DNA from: a virus
Taxonomy: Duplodnaviria > Caudoviricetes
Reading direction: 5' to 3' (one strand)
DNA: 31,392 bases
Virus record (IMG/VR): IMGVR_UViG_3300012943_000050
Location: 1 to 31,392 of that record
Shown here one piece after another: positions 7,453 through 16,196 of the stretch (position 1 is the stretch's first letter; each line of letters starts with the position of its first letter). The notes under the pieces are model-generated. The model searched no databases. It was not told where the DNA came from and saw nothing but the letters and a program-made list of their open reading frames with translations. The translations under genes were made by a program, and so were the position numbers.

Positions 7453-8434
7453 ATCTTACCTCCTTTGGAAGGTACGGTAATTGCGCCCGCACCCATGGTT
7501 CTTTCCCGTCATGGAAAAACCCCTTCCGTTGTTTCGGCGACCCCATGATTTTTGCAATTGTTTCGGGGTCACGAAACGTACAATATTCAAGGAATTCACA
7601 TTTGCTATTCCAGGCAAAGCAAACATCCCCAGAAGTTGCACGTGGGAAGAATTGGTATTTCGAGAACTCAGCAATCTGATCTATATTGACGCAAAGCCCC
7701 CGAAGCCAATCCTGTAAATCTTCTTTGGATTTTTTGAACCAATGTGATTGCACCTTGGGCTCAAGCAAGTCCACATAGGCAATCAGATAGTTTGTATTCA
7801 AATCATCCATTTCATGGCCAAGACAATGTTCAAGGATCATTCCGTATGGAACAGTTTGTTCATCGAACTCATATTTGGCCGAAAAGTCATTGGCCCAGCG
7901 CCGTGTGGTTTTAATATCCGATGCAAAATAGCCATATTCAAAACTGTCATAAAGCACCGCGTCAATGAACCCCACATAATAGACCGGCACCGGAAGTGGC
8001 GCGTTTGTAATTTCAATCACAAACGGCACTTCAATTGCAGGACGCGTAATTCCGTCCAAACCTTTGATTTCCACTAATTGGTATTTCGTCGCACTTGGAT
8101 GGGAAATCATTGCTTGGAGGGTTGAAAACGACGCTTCAAGCGACCGCGTTACGTTATCGGATTTTTGAAACTCCAACTCGTAGGGAAATTCCTTGAGAAA
8201 TTCCATTGCGGCTTTGTCTTCATCCCGGTGAATGAGAAAATTCTGATAACCGGCATGAAGCGCTTTTCCAACATCCGCAGGAAAATTCCCAGTATCTTCT
8301 ATGCCAGGAATGCGCTCAAGATCACCGTACATTTTCTTGAATTCAAACTTTCGCCAACAACTTTCCGCTGTAGTTTGGGTTGAATGCGAGAGAATGATTT
8401 TATCGGTTGAATATTTCCATTTGAATTCACTCAT
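7436..8434 (-). CDS. PD-(D/E)xK exonuclease, Cas4/AddB-like
   Basis: 332 aa. LSHS...C, GKALH, E, GFID...DIKT, Q..xY. One N-terminal Cys plus C-terminal CFAWNSKCEFLEYC, consistent with an Fe-S staple. Confidence 0.85.
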   Translation of the reverse strand: MSEFKWKYSTDKIILSHSTQTTAESCWRKFEFKKMYGDLERIPGIEDTGNFPADVGKALHAGYQNFLIHRDEDKAAMEFLKEFPYELEFQKSDNVTRSLEASFSTLQAMISHPSATKYQLVEIKGLDGITRPAIEVPFVIEITNAPLPVPVYYVGFIDAVLYDSFEYGYFASDIKTTRRWANDFSAKYEFDEQTVPYGMILEHCLGHEMDDLNTNYLIAYVDLLEPKVQSHWFKKSKEDLQDWLRGLCVNIDQIAEFSKYQFFPRATSGDVCFAWNSKCEFLEYCTFRDPETIAKIMGSPKQRKGFFHDGKEPWVRAQLPYLPKEVRYGNAV

Positions 8435-8645
8435 CAGAATGGGCTTTCAGATAAATAGATTTACATCCCGGCGAACAGAAATGGCGGTTCAATCCAAGAT
8501 GGCCGTGTTTGATGTATAACCATCCCGCTGCTTTTGCCTTTTCCCAAGCCGTCATAAACGACTGGAAAATTCCGGTTGGAAACGCATCCGCGCAAGTATC
8601 GCAGCTAAAGATAAAACCTTCGTATTTGTCTTTTGTGCTACTCAT
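8427..8645 (-). CDS. Small Zn-binding hypothetical protein
   Basis: CDTC...AKAAGW...HFCSPGC, 72 aa. Confidence 0.7.
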   Translation of the reverse strand: MSSTKDKYEGFIFSCDTCADAFPTGIFQSFMTAWEKAKAAGWLYIKHGHLGLNRHFCSPGCKSIYLKAHSDE

Positions 8646-9355
8646 CAGCTTATCCCCAGATCACCAAGCAGACCGGAAAGTTCATCAACTTCCTTGTCGG
8701 CTTTTCGCTTGAATTCTTTCTTTTCGGATTTGTTCCGCGCCGCCACATTGAACGCCCTACGCAACCCGCGAATGATAAGGTTGAAATCCCCGTCATTCAT
8801 ATGGGCTTCGAGTTCGGGGCTTTCTTTCAGTTGGATTGCAATTGTCCTGACAACTTGCCCGACGAGTTCTTTTTGTTCGATATTCGCTGCAAGATAGTCA
8901 AGATTTCCCCGAAGCTTTTCCATTTCAACAGGAACAACCGGGGCGCCTTCTGGCTGCGGTGCGTTTTGTTGTTCCTGTCTTGGGGCGATTACCTCTTTGG
9001 GTGTTTTCGCCTGAATAGTTTTCAATGCGGATTGGGCAGGTTGTTTGGGCTTTTCACTTGCCACTTGCTGTTTCACAGCTGCCGTTGCCGCTTTAAGCGC
9101 AGACAATCCACTGGTTTTTTGTGGAACCGCAGGCGCAGGATTTGGAGGAGTAATTTCCACAGGTTTTTGTTCCGGCACCGGCGCTGGTATTGGCTGGACT
9201 TTTGCCTTTGCCATTTCGGCAAGAGAAAGTCCGGTTTTTGTTGGCGCTGGACTTGCCACCAATGGGCTTGCCGCCGCCGGTTTCACTTCCGGTTTCACAT
9301 GTGATGCCTGTTGCTTTTCCGCTTTTTGTTTATCCAACATATCTCGTAATGACAT
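8645..9355 (-). CDS. Hypothetical protein, Pro/Ala/Lys-rich disordered N-half and helical C-domain
   Basis: 236 aa, AGGAG upstream, stop/start overlap with the next gene. Confidence 0.85.
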   Translation of the reverse strand: MSLRDMLDKQKAEKQQASHVKPEVKPAAASPLVASPAPTKTGLSLAEMAKAKVQPIPAPVPEQKPVEITPPNPAPAVPQKTSGLSALKAATAAVKQQVASEKPKQPAQSALKTIQAKTPKEVIAPRQEQQNAPQPEGAPVVPVEMEKLRGNLDYLAANIEQKELVGQVVRTIAIQLKESPELEAHMNDGDFNLIIRGLRRAFNVAARNKSEKKEFKRKADKEVDELSGLLGDLGIS

Positions 9356-9357
9356 TT

Positions 9358-9924
9358 CTAGCTCCTGTTGTTTGCCATTTCTGCGGCATCCCGTTTGTCA
9401 ACTTCTTCGAGAAGATTTTCCAACTCGTCATAGACCGAGCCTTTAACTTGAACTCGCGTATAGGTTCGCACCAAGGTTACTTGGTCTTTTCCTTCGACAA
9501 GTTTGATACCAATTGTCACCAGCATCCACTTGTCAAGTTTCTTGCCTTTATTGGCATTTTTCATCCGAATGCGACTGAGGATGTTTCTCATTGCCGCCAC
9601 AAACGCATGGCCTTTATTGCGGCCAACCGTGAAGGTGAATTGCTCCCCAATTTTCGTTTCCGAAAGCATCTTCACCAGCATTTCGCGTGGACGAAGCGAT
9701 TGGATGATAATCGAAGTCAATTCATTCGACGGTTCTTGTTCGATTTCCTCGATCATTTCATCGTCAAGGACGCTTCCGTCGAGAACAATGTCATCCGCTG
9801 ACAATTGTTTCTCGAATTGATCGAACGCTTCTGGACTGTCAAACATCGACAAGTCCAATTCCGGTTTTCGTTCCGAATTGGGGATTGGTTTTTCCCCTTT
9901 CCGGACTTTGTCAAGCAAGCTCAT
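9358..9924 (-). CDS. Hypothetical protein
   Basis: 188 aa, ATGA overlap with the upstream gene. Confidence 0.85.
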   Translation of the reverse strand: MSLLDKVRKGEKPIPNSERKPELDLSMFDSPEAFDQFEKQLSADDIVLDGSVLDDEMIEEIEQEPSNELTSIIIQSLRPREMLVKMLSETKIGEQFTFTVGRNKGHAFVAAMRNILSRIRMKNANKGKKLDKWMLVTIGIKLVEGKDQVTLVRTYTRVQVKGSVYDELENLLEEVDKRDAAEMANNRS

Positions 9925-10250
9925 TTTGCATACCTTTCTAGAATGAACAAACCATCACGGTAAGTTCGCTGCAATTTATCCGTTATGTCACTTCCAAAAA
10001 ATCCAATTAGATAGCAATGAAAAAGCGAAATTGCCTTGTCATTGGCATCTTCTTGAAGTTGAACTTCCGAACCCCAATTTTCCTGATTAGGGTTCCAGTT
10101 GTTTTCGTCACAAAATTTCGCCCGATCAAAAGCTAGATGCCACTTCAGCATCATTCTTGATTTTTCACAGATCGGACATTCCATAATACACGGAACATCC
10201 GATCTGCCGAGTTTCAAACCACAAGTTTTACAATGGACGAGCAATTTCAT
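9921..10250 (-). CDS. Hypothetical protein with N-terminal Zn ribbon
   Basis: CKTC...CPIC, 109 aa. Confidence 0.7.
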   Translation of the reverse strand: MKLLVHCKTCGLKLGRSDVPCIMECPICEKSRMMLKWHLAFDRAKFCDENNWNPNQENWGSEVQLQEDANDKAISLFHCYLIGFFGSDITDKLQRTYRDGLFILERYAK

Positions 10251-10253
10251 AAC

Positions 10254-10595
10254 TCACCTAAAATGTATAGGTTCTTTGAGTTTAAAAGTGCCTCCATTTA
10301 GATACAATGTCTCAAATAATATGACACATTTTTCATCAGCTTCGATATAACCATTCCCATCGACAGTTCGTATAAATAGAGTTTTTCCATTCCACCACGT
10401 TAAAACCTTACCTTTAAATCGTAAACATGGTGACAAACCAACATCCGGATGTAAATTTATATCCCAATTTATTTGTACTGATTTTATGTAATTTATCGGC
10501 ACATATTCATCACGAACCCAAACATGACAATGTGCTGAAGCTACCATGTGAGCGCAAAATGCAATTGCTTTTGCAAGTGTTAGATTACTCAACAT
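10254..10595 (-). CDS. Hypothetical protein
   Basis: ATG 10595 with GGAGG upstream. 113 aa. Confidence 0.65.
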   Translation of the reverse strand: MLSNLTLAKAIAFCAHMVASAHCHVWVRDEYVPINYIKSVQINWDINLHPDVGLSPCLRFKGKVLTWWNGKTLFIRTVDGNGYIEADEKCVILFETLYLNGGTFKLKEPIHFR

Positions 10596-12552
10596 TTTCT
10601 TCCTCCACAATTTCCATATCTTCCATGTGTTTGTTGGCCCAAAGAATTGGGAATTTGTTTGTATCAAATTCCTCAGTATCATCCGATTTGGTTTCAATCA
10701 AATACGAACGAATTTTCTCTGCAATTGTTCGCCCTTTGATTGATTGGTTTGTTATTGCCTGTTGTAATCCGCGCGCATTGCAAATTAAATAAACATTCTG
10801 TTTTGCCCGCGTCAGCGCCGTGTAGAGCCATTCGCGCTTAAGCATTACCGAATTTGCTGAATGACAAACGACGATGATATTTGCGTATTCGCCGCCTTGG
10901 GCTTTATGACAAGTTGTGGCATATCCAAAGACGACTTTCGAATAATCGCCCGCCGTGGAACAAACAAACGATTGTCCGTTGTCGAATTTAATCGTCATAA
11001 CATGACTGGATTGCCGCTGATCCTCGGCTTCTTTTTCTTTCTTTCCATCGCCGGTTTCTTCACCTTCAAGGGCAAAGTTTATCGCCGACATATCAAGATC
11101 AATTTCCAGCGGATCATCATCGTCAGCATCATCGTTTTCTGAGAAATCAACTTGAGCACGTTTCATGTCATACTTGCCGTTGACATTTATGCTTTCGACA
11201 ATTCCGACCATGCCATTGGTAATCGGCGGTTCTGTGTTATTGATATTGGCGATTATCATCACCTTGTCGCCCATGGCAAAATAAACATGTTGTTTGCCGG
11301 TGTGAATGTTCACACGTTTGTTGACAATTATTCCATTTTCACGCCGCTCAGGATTGAACATTGTGACAAGGTGACTATTCAATTCAAGCTGACCGATCAT
11401 GCCTTTGTTTTGCGGCACAATGATCGTATCACGATAAGGATCATAGCGGCCAAGTTCATGCAATTTTCGAATAACATTCAGCACATAGACTTTCATTTCC
11501 CCTTGACCGGCAGGCGCTTTCTTTTCGCCCGAATTCCCAATCATGTGAAAATTACTTGCATTCTCTAGCGGTTTTCCGTTGAGGACATTATGTGCATTCC
11601 GAATGATTGCATTGTTTGCCGCTTGGCGATGAATTTGCGTCAATTCAAACACAGGCCAATGCCGCATCGCATAGCCAAGAATTCCTTTTCCATATGCCGG
11701 TGGCAATTGGTTTATATCACCAATCAACACAATCCTGACATTTGGATTTGTCGCCGCAATAAACTCATTCCAAAGCGGAATTGGTATCATCGACGCTTCG
11801 TCAAAAATGAACACGGTGAAAGGTAGTTTGTTCATTTCGTCAAAACTTGGACGAAAAACCCGCCGCGTCTTTGTCACTTCGATTTTTGAAATTGGATCAA
11901 AATCTTCATAATCCTCATACACCGGCGCATAGCCGAGCATGGAATGAATTGTTGAAATTGTCCGATGGTATTTTTCTGGCATTGCCCGTCGAAATTGCTG
12001 ACTTGCGCGCCCAGTATAAGCCGCACCCGCAATTGACGGGATTAAATCCGCTTCGTTTTCTTCGCCTTTTGGAGAGGCCCGAACTCGCATTGGTTTATCG
12101 TCCGGCCCCTGAATTGTCTCAAAATAAGTTTCCGCGTAATTGATAACTTTCACGCGCTTTGACAATTCCTCCACGATGCGTTTCGTTACGGTTGTTTTAC
12201 CCGTACCCGCCGCACCAATCAGGACTGAAAATTGGTTTTCTTTTATTCCTCGAACTGCTGCAATTTGGCTTGCGTCGAGTTCAATTTCTCCTCGACTTGT
12301 TGCATCTTCCATTGCTCTAGCAGTTTCTTCGATCGCTCTGGCGAATTTTTCCTCTGCTTCGTTTTTAACGAGTGATGGGCTCTCCGCCGAGCGTAAAGAT
12401 TTTTCGGTTTCACGTTCATATTCCTTCGTTACTTTTTCCGCCTCACGTTTAGTCAAGCCGGTGCCGCGAAGATTGACATCATCAGGTTCAATTTTCTGAC
12501 GGTCAATTTCCGCTTGCTTTTGGCTTTCGCGAACTTTCTGGAGCAAACTCAT
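10585..12552 (-). CDS. RecD/Dda-like superfamily 1B DNA helicase
   Basis: 655 aa. GAAGTGKTT, AYTGRA, TIHSML, FDEASM, GDINQLPP, LTQIHRQ, YATTCHKAQGGEY, WLYTALTRAK. Confidence 0.95.
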   Translation of the reverse strand: MSLLQKVRESQKQAEIDRQKIEPDDVNLRGTGLTKREAEKVTKEYERETEKSLRSAESPSLVKNEAEEKFARAIEETARAMEDATSRGEIELDASQIAAVRGIKENQFSVLIGAAGTGKTTVTKRIVEELSKRVKVINYAETYFETIQGPDDKPMRVRASPKGEENEADLIPSIAGAAYTGRASQQFRRAMPEKYHRTISTIHSMLGYAPVYEDYEDFDPISKIEVTKTRRVFRPSFDEMNKLPFTVFIFDEASMIPIPLWNEFIAATNPNVRIVLIGDINQLPPAYGKGILGYAMRHWPVFELTQIHRQAANNAIIRNAHNVLNGKPLENASNFHMIGNSGEKKAPAGQGEMKVYVLNVIRKLHELGRYDPYRDTIIVPQNKGMIGQLELNSHLVTMFNPERRENGIIVNKRVNIHTGKQHVYFAMGDKVMIIANINNTEPPITNGMVGIVESINVNGKYDMKRAQVDFSENDDADDDDPLEIDLDMSAINFALEGEETGDGKKEKEAEDQRQSSHVMTIKFDNGQSFVCSTAGDYSKVVFGYATTCHKAQGGEYANIIVVCHSANSVMLKREWLYTALTRAKQNVYLICNARGLQQAITNQSIKGRTIAEKIRSYLIETKSDDTEEFDTNKFPILWANKHMEDMEIVEEENVE

Positions 12553-12875
12553 TTTTTGTCCTTTATTATTTCATAGAGGATTTTGACAATTTCATCCCGT
12601 TCAAGTCGTGCAATTGTTTGTCCTTGAGCATCGAAAGTTTCAATCATTCCGAGCTCAAAAAACAAACAAATGTCCTTTCCGATTGCAAATTTCTCGAACA
12701 TTAATGCGGGAGTGAATTCAACAAAAATTGCATAATCCGCTCCATAATCAATGTCTTTTGCACGGCCAATTACAAAGCCGAGAAATTTGCATTCAAGCGT
12801 ATCCGTTCGGGCGAGTTCCGCCTCTACCGCATGTTTGACTTTTTCCATGCGGTTTCCGATTTCTTCTTTGGTCAT
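12549..12875 (-). CDS. Hypothetical protein
   Basis: 108 aa, ATGA-coupled to the helicase. Confidence 0.75.
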   Translation of the reverse strand: MTKEEIGNRMEKVKHAVEAELARTDTLECKFLGFVIGRAKDIDYGADYAIFVEFTPALMFEKFAIGKDICLFFELGMIETFDAQGQTIARLERDEIVKILYEIIKDKK

Positions 12876-12876
12876 T

Positions 12877-14010
12877 TTAGTTTCCTTGAAGTTTGGCTTT
12901 CAAAAGACTGAAAGCGGATTGAGTTTTCGTCTGTGTTATGGTTTCAGTTTTCGCTTGAGATTGCGCGCGAATTGTTTGCAATAAACCTGACTTGGGTTTT
13001 TGCTCGCCGAGTTCAATCCGCTTTTGAATTTCACTTGGAATTTCGCGCCGAGAAATCCGCCGGACAACCACGGTATCATCTTCATCCCAATCATCCGGGT
13101 CCGCGAATTCGTCAATTTCAATCGACGCGAGTTCATTCAGGTTGATTTCAACCGGGCGCTTTTCACCAGTAAAGCCGTTCATTCGCGCACGTTCATCTCT
13201 TGCCGCTTGATTAAGCGGGGCGAGAATATCCGTTAGCGCGGAATAGGCGTGGTTGATTTCATCTTTTTGAAGTTTGCGCCGCGAGGTTTTTTGCATCCGA
13301 ATATTGGATGGGCCTTTTGCCATTTCGCTTGGCGTGTTTGGAATATCCTCAAACCGCTTGCGCTTGATTGCATAATCCGCATGACCAAGGCTTGTCATTG
13401 CCGCGTCAATTGCTTTCTTGATTGCTGGGATTAGTTCGCCGCTGCAAGCAAGCAAAGCAAGTTGTTCAGAAGATTGCGCGGAACGCCCCACAAGGCGCGA
13501 AAGGTAGCGAAACGTATCGGGCGTGTAGGTTAAAAGGTGACAAAGATGGGCGCATAAATCGTCCCACGCATCATCGCCAAATTGCGAAAGCAACGCATGA
13601 GCCCGCGCGAGAGACCAATAACGCTCGGCATGGCCGTTTATAATGCGTGGGTCTTCGTAGAACCTTGCGGTTAAAAGATTGAAGCAAAAACACGCATAGC
13701 CAATTGGGTCTTTAAATTGCAATTCATCAAGCGCCTTATTGTCGGTTTTCACCCACGCGGGATGCACTTCAAGGCCGTGGCTTGAAAAGATTGCTTCCGC
13801 GATTGCGATTTTTCCTCGCATTTTTATCGCTTCAAGAATGCTGTTTTTTTCGCGAATTCCAATTTTTGCTCCTGTTTTTGCGCAAAAAATCGCAAAAGGA
13901 TCAATTGAAACCGCAAGAGTTGGATTGTTGACGCGCACGGAAAGTTCTTTTTCCGCCGCCAAGGTCTCGCTTGATGCGATAACCCCTTGTAATTCCAAGA
14001 TGTTTGCCAT
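12877..14010 (-). CDS. Hypothetical protein (first large gene of the leftward arm)
   Basis: 377 aa, AGGA upstream. No motif recognised. Confidence 0.85.
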   Translation of the reverse strand: MANILELQGVIASSETLAAEKELSVRVNNPTLAVSIDPFAIFCAKTGAKIGIREKNSILEAIKMRGKIAIAEAIFSSHGLEVHPAWVKTDNKALDELQFKDPIGYACFCFNLLTARFYEDPRIINGHAERYWSLARAHALLSQFGDDAWDDLCAHLCHLLTYTPDTFRYLSRLVGRSAQSSEQLALLACSGELIPAIKKAIDAAMTSLGHADYAIKRKRFEDIPNTPSEMAKGPSNIRMQKTSRRKLQKDEINHAYSALTDILAPLNQAARDERARMNGFTGEKRPVEINLNELASIEIDEFADPDDWDEDDTVVVRRISRREIPSEIQKRIELGEQKPKSGLLQTIRAQSQAKTETITQTKTQSAFSLLKAKLQGN

Positions 14011-14196
14011 GGAAAAAATTCCTATCCTTCTAGTGACCGATCATGGTTGCATGAAACCGCACCCCAGGTAAAGGGGTCTGGAAAAATAATTGGGGACTGT
14101 GACATTTTTGCAACACTCACTTCCCGGTCGAAAGGCTTTCGCGCCGCCTGGATGATTTTTGACTTCTCACGTTTCAACACAATTATTGTCATTCGC

Positions 14197-14225
14197 ATTA
14201 TAGGTTTGCCCCGGTTGGCAACCAA
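14197..14225 (-). promoter_or_regulatory. Candidate leftward sigma70 promoter
   Basis: Minus strand TTGGTT-17 nt-TATAAT. An imperfect inverted repeat GGTTGCC...GGCAAACC spans the -35 and spacer. Confidence 0.45.
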
Positions 14226-14341
14226 TGTGTTTTGCCTTCGGCAGCTATGATTTTATTGTCATTTCAATTTGCATATTCCTCTTGCTGTTTATTCGTTGGC
14301 TTGCGCCATTCAATTTTTCACTCGGAATTTTTTCAATCTTT

Positions 14342-14401
14342 TTGAAATATCACAAAGAATATCACTATCAATATCAATCCCACTGTCAATGTCACTGTCA
14401 C
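14342..14401 (-). repeat. Tandem hexamer array, consensus KTGAYA on the minus strand
   Basis: Minus strand: GTGACA GTGACA TTGACA GTGGGA TTGATA TTGATA GTGATA TTCTTT GTGATA, in exact 6-bp phase. Confidence 0.8.
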
Positions 14402-14440
14402 GTCTTTGGACTTCCAGCCCCTGACCGATAGCCTTGGTGT

Positions 14441-14520
14441 GATTTCCGCCCATATTTACCTATATTCCCGTGATTTCCCTGCATTTTACCCCTTTCCACC
14501 TGTTTATGCCCCATTCGGTG
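14441..14520. repeat. Degenerate 10-bp-period array
   Basis: GATTTCCGCC CATATTTACC TATATTCCCG TGATTTCCCT GCATTTTACC CCTTTCCACC TGTTTATGCC. Confidence 0.65.
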
Positions 14521-14599
14521 TCCTTTTTTTCGCTATTTGGGGTATCAAGGACATTAGACTATAGGCCCCCCATCGAAAATTGATTTTACCTAAAGAGCA

Positions 14600-14675
14600 T
14601 AAAGGGGAACAAAAGTGGGGAGAAAACACAGGCAAAAGCATTACACGAATTGGGGCAAAAACACGGGCTAAAACG
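14600..14675. repeat. Degenerate ~11-12-bp-period GG..AAAA array
   Basis: GGGGAACAAAA, GGGGAGAAAA, GGCAAAA, GGGGCAAAAA, GGGCTAAAA. Confidence 0.6.
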
Positions 14676-14730
14676 CAACTCGGACCATTGTACACTGCCG
14701 ACGGTGTGGATAGGGGGTGGGGCCGGGGTC

Positions 14731-14875
14731 GTGACATTCGACATTGACATTAGTATTTGACATTGAAATTTGGAATGAAACTGCAACCGCCAGTGAAATA
14801 ACAATCTCCATTTCAAATGATATTCGTGATGATATTTTTTCTGATATTCTTCTGATTTCGCGCCTGATATTGAAT
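14731..14875 (+). repeat. Tandem hexamer-like array, KTGAYA on the plus strand, decaying into TGATAT units about 12 bp apart
   Basis: GTGACA tTCGACA TTGACA TTAGTA tTTGACA TTGAAA TTTGGA ATGAAA, then TGATATT at about 14818, 14830, 14842 and 14865. Confidence 0.7.
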
Positions 14876-15005
14876 TTTCATCCTCTGTGATTTTTCTCGT
14901 TATTTCTCTTTCTCTCGCTTTTTCATTTGCATCATCTTCCAAAATGTGCAGACTAACACTTGTCAGATGCGCCCTTGCACTGACTTAACCAATGGAGTTT
15001 TGAAA

Positions 15006-15776
15006 ATGACTGAAGTTCAACAGGCAAACACTGAACAGGCGACTAGCTTGTCGGAACGCGCCAAAGACTTGTTTGATCGTTACACGAAACGCGGCAAGAT
15101 CATCGTTGATACCAACAATGATGAAGAAACCACGGCTTTCGTGTCGATCGTGGATATGCTCACAAAAGACGAAACCGAAAGCGTGGTTGATTGGACCGAA
15201 AAGGTTGGCAAAGACCAAGGCTTCACGAATTTCGCCCTTGTGCGGAATGAAAACGATGGCTCCAACCGCGTAATCGCCGTGGCAAATGCTGAAACCGCGT
15301 TGGCGGATGATGTGGTTAAGCGCAATCTCTATCGTCTTTATACCAACCGCGTGTTGAATGCGGCGGGCGAAGATGATGCTTCGGAAGCCCAGTTTGTCAT
15401 TCCCTCCGGCTGCTTCAAAGCGCGCTATGACTTGGATGCGTTCAAATTCCAAGCCAAGGCGCTTGCAAAGGCGCTTCACAAACAAGGCGTCAATGGCGTT
15501 ACGGTTGCTTCGTTGCGGATGGCGTTTGCCAATTCCGCGTTCGCTGCAACGCAATTCGCGCGGGTCAAGCCTGATATGTGGCAGAAGATTATCGGTGTTG
15601 CCAAAGCTCGCGCACAACAGGCTGGTTACGATGTGGCAATCTTTGATTACTGGTTGTCCACGCGTGATGCAAAGACGGATGAAATCGGCGAGATTGATCT
15701 GAACCTCGAAGAGTTCAGCACTGATGTTTCCGACGAAGGTTCGGAAGAAAAAACGGCTGAACAGCCCGCCGCTTAA
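15006..15776 (+). CDS. Hypothetical protein with acidic C-terminal tail
   Basis: ATG 15006 with GGAG upstream. 256 aa, followed by a hairpin. Confidence 0.85.
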   Translation: MTEVQQANTEQATSLSERAKDLFDRYTKRGKIIVDTNNDEETTAFVSIVDMLTKDETESVVDWTEKVGKDQGFTNFALVRNENDGSNRVIAVANAETALADDVVKRNLYRLYTNRVLNAAGEDDASEAQFVIPSGCFKARYDLDAFKFQAKALAKALHKQGVNGVTVASLRMAFANSAFAATQFARVKPDMWQKIIGVAKARAQQAGYDVAIFDYWLSTRDAKTDEIGEIDLNLEEFSTDVSDEGSEEKTAEQPAA

Positions 15777-15784
15777 ATTAGCCT

Positions 15785-15832
15785 TTTAACTTGCGCCCCT
15801 TGACTTAGATCGTTGGGGGGCGTTTGTTAAAG
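15785..15832 (+). terminator. Hairpin, probable terminator
   Basis: TTTAAC..CGCCCC...GGGGCG..GTTAAA inverted repeat immediately after the stop codon. Confidence 0.6.
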
Positions 15833-15856
15833 TGCTAGGATTTTCGGAGGCCAAAA

Positions 15857-15967
15857 ATGAGTGCTATTAATCAGTTGTTAATGGGTGTGGAGCTATATAA
15901 TCGTTGTGACTGGCCGGTGTGGTCACTTCACTACTGCCTTTTGGTTCTAACATTGGAGAGTTGCTAA
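15857..15967 (+). CDS. Small ORF (36 aa)
   Basis: Not in the ORF track. GGAGG 6 nt before ATG, and the stop overlaps the next start (TAATG). Confidence 0.5.
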   Translation: MSAINQLLMGVELYNRCDWPVWSLHYCLLVLTLESC

Positions 15968-16176
15968 TGGCTTTTAATCTCAAATCTCACATGCATCCAG
16001 AAGCTACGTTTCGCGCGCCCGGTTCGGTGGCTGATTTCTTGGTGCCCGAAGATCAAGCCACTGAGGTTTCGCCGCCGGGGCCTGTCAATTTCCGTCCAGG
16101 CATCGCCGATTTCATCTTCGGCCTTGGCATTGTCATTCTCTGCATTTCCTCCCTCGCCCTGTCGCTCGCATGGTGA
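15967..16176 (+). CDS. Small protein with C-terminal transmembrane helix
   Basis: GGAG upstream. Ends FIFGLGIVILCISSLALSLAW. Confidence 0.6.
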   Translation: MAFNLKSHMHPEATFRAPGSVADFLVPEDQATEVSPPGPVNFRPGIADFIFGLGIVILCISSLALSLAW

Positions 16177-16196
16177 CCATGGAAATTTTCCTAGAC

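Noticed and set aside
14022-14225. 67-aa minus-strand ORF
   Set aside because: No RBS, and its 5' end coincides with a promoter candidate. A shorter leaderless ORF from 14192 is possible but unsupported.
14589-14595. CCTAAAG, identical to the T7 terminal heptamer
   Set aside because: A single copy is expected by chance.
14342-14875. CRISPR or mini-CRISPR array to go with the Cas4-like nuclease
   Set aside because: The repeats are degenerate 6-12-bp tandem units with no repeat-spacer structure.
14225-14942. ORFs 14225-14431 (+), 14504-14737 (-) and 14586-14942 (-)
   Set aside because: No convincing RBS. The dipeptide-like content (YHYQYQ, CQCHCH) is explained by the hexamer arrays. They cannot be fully excluded.
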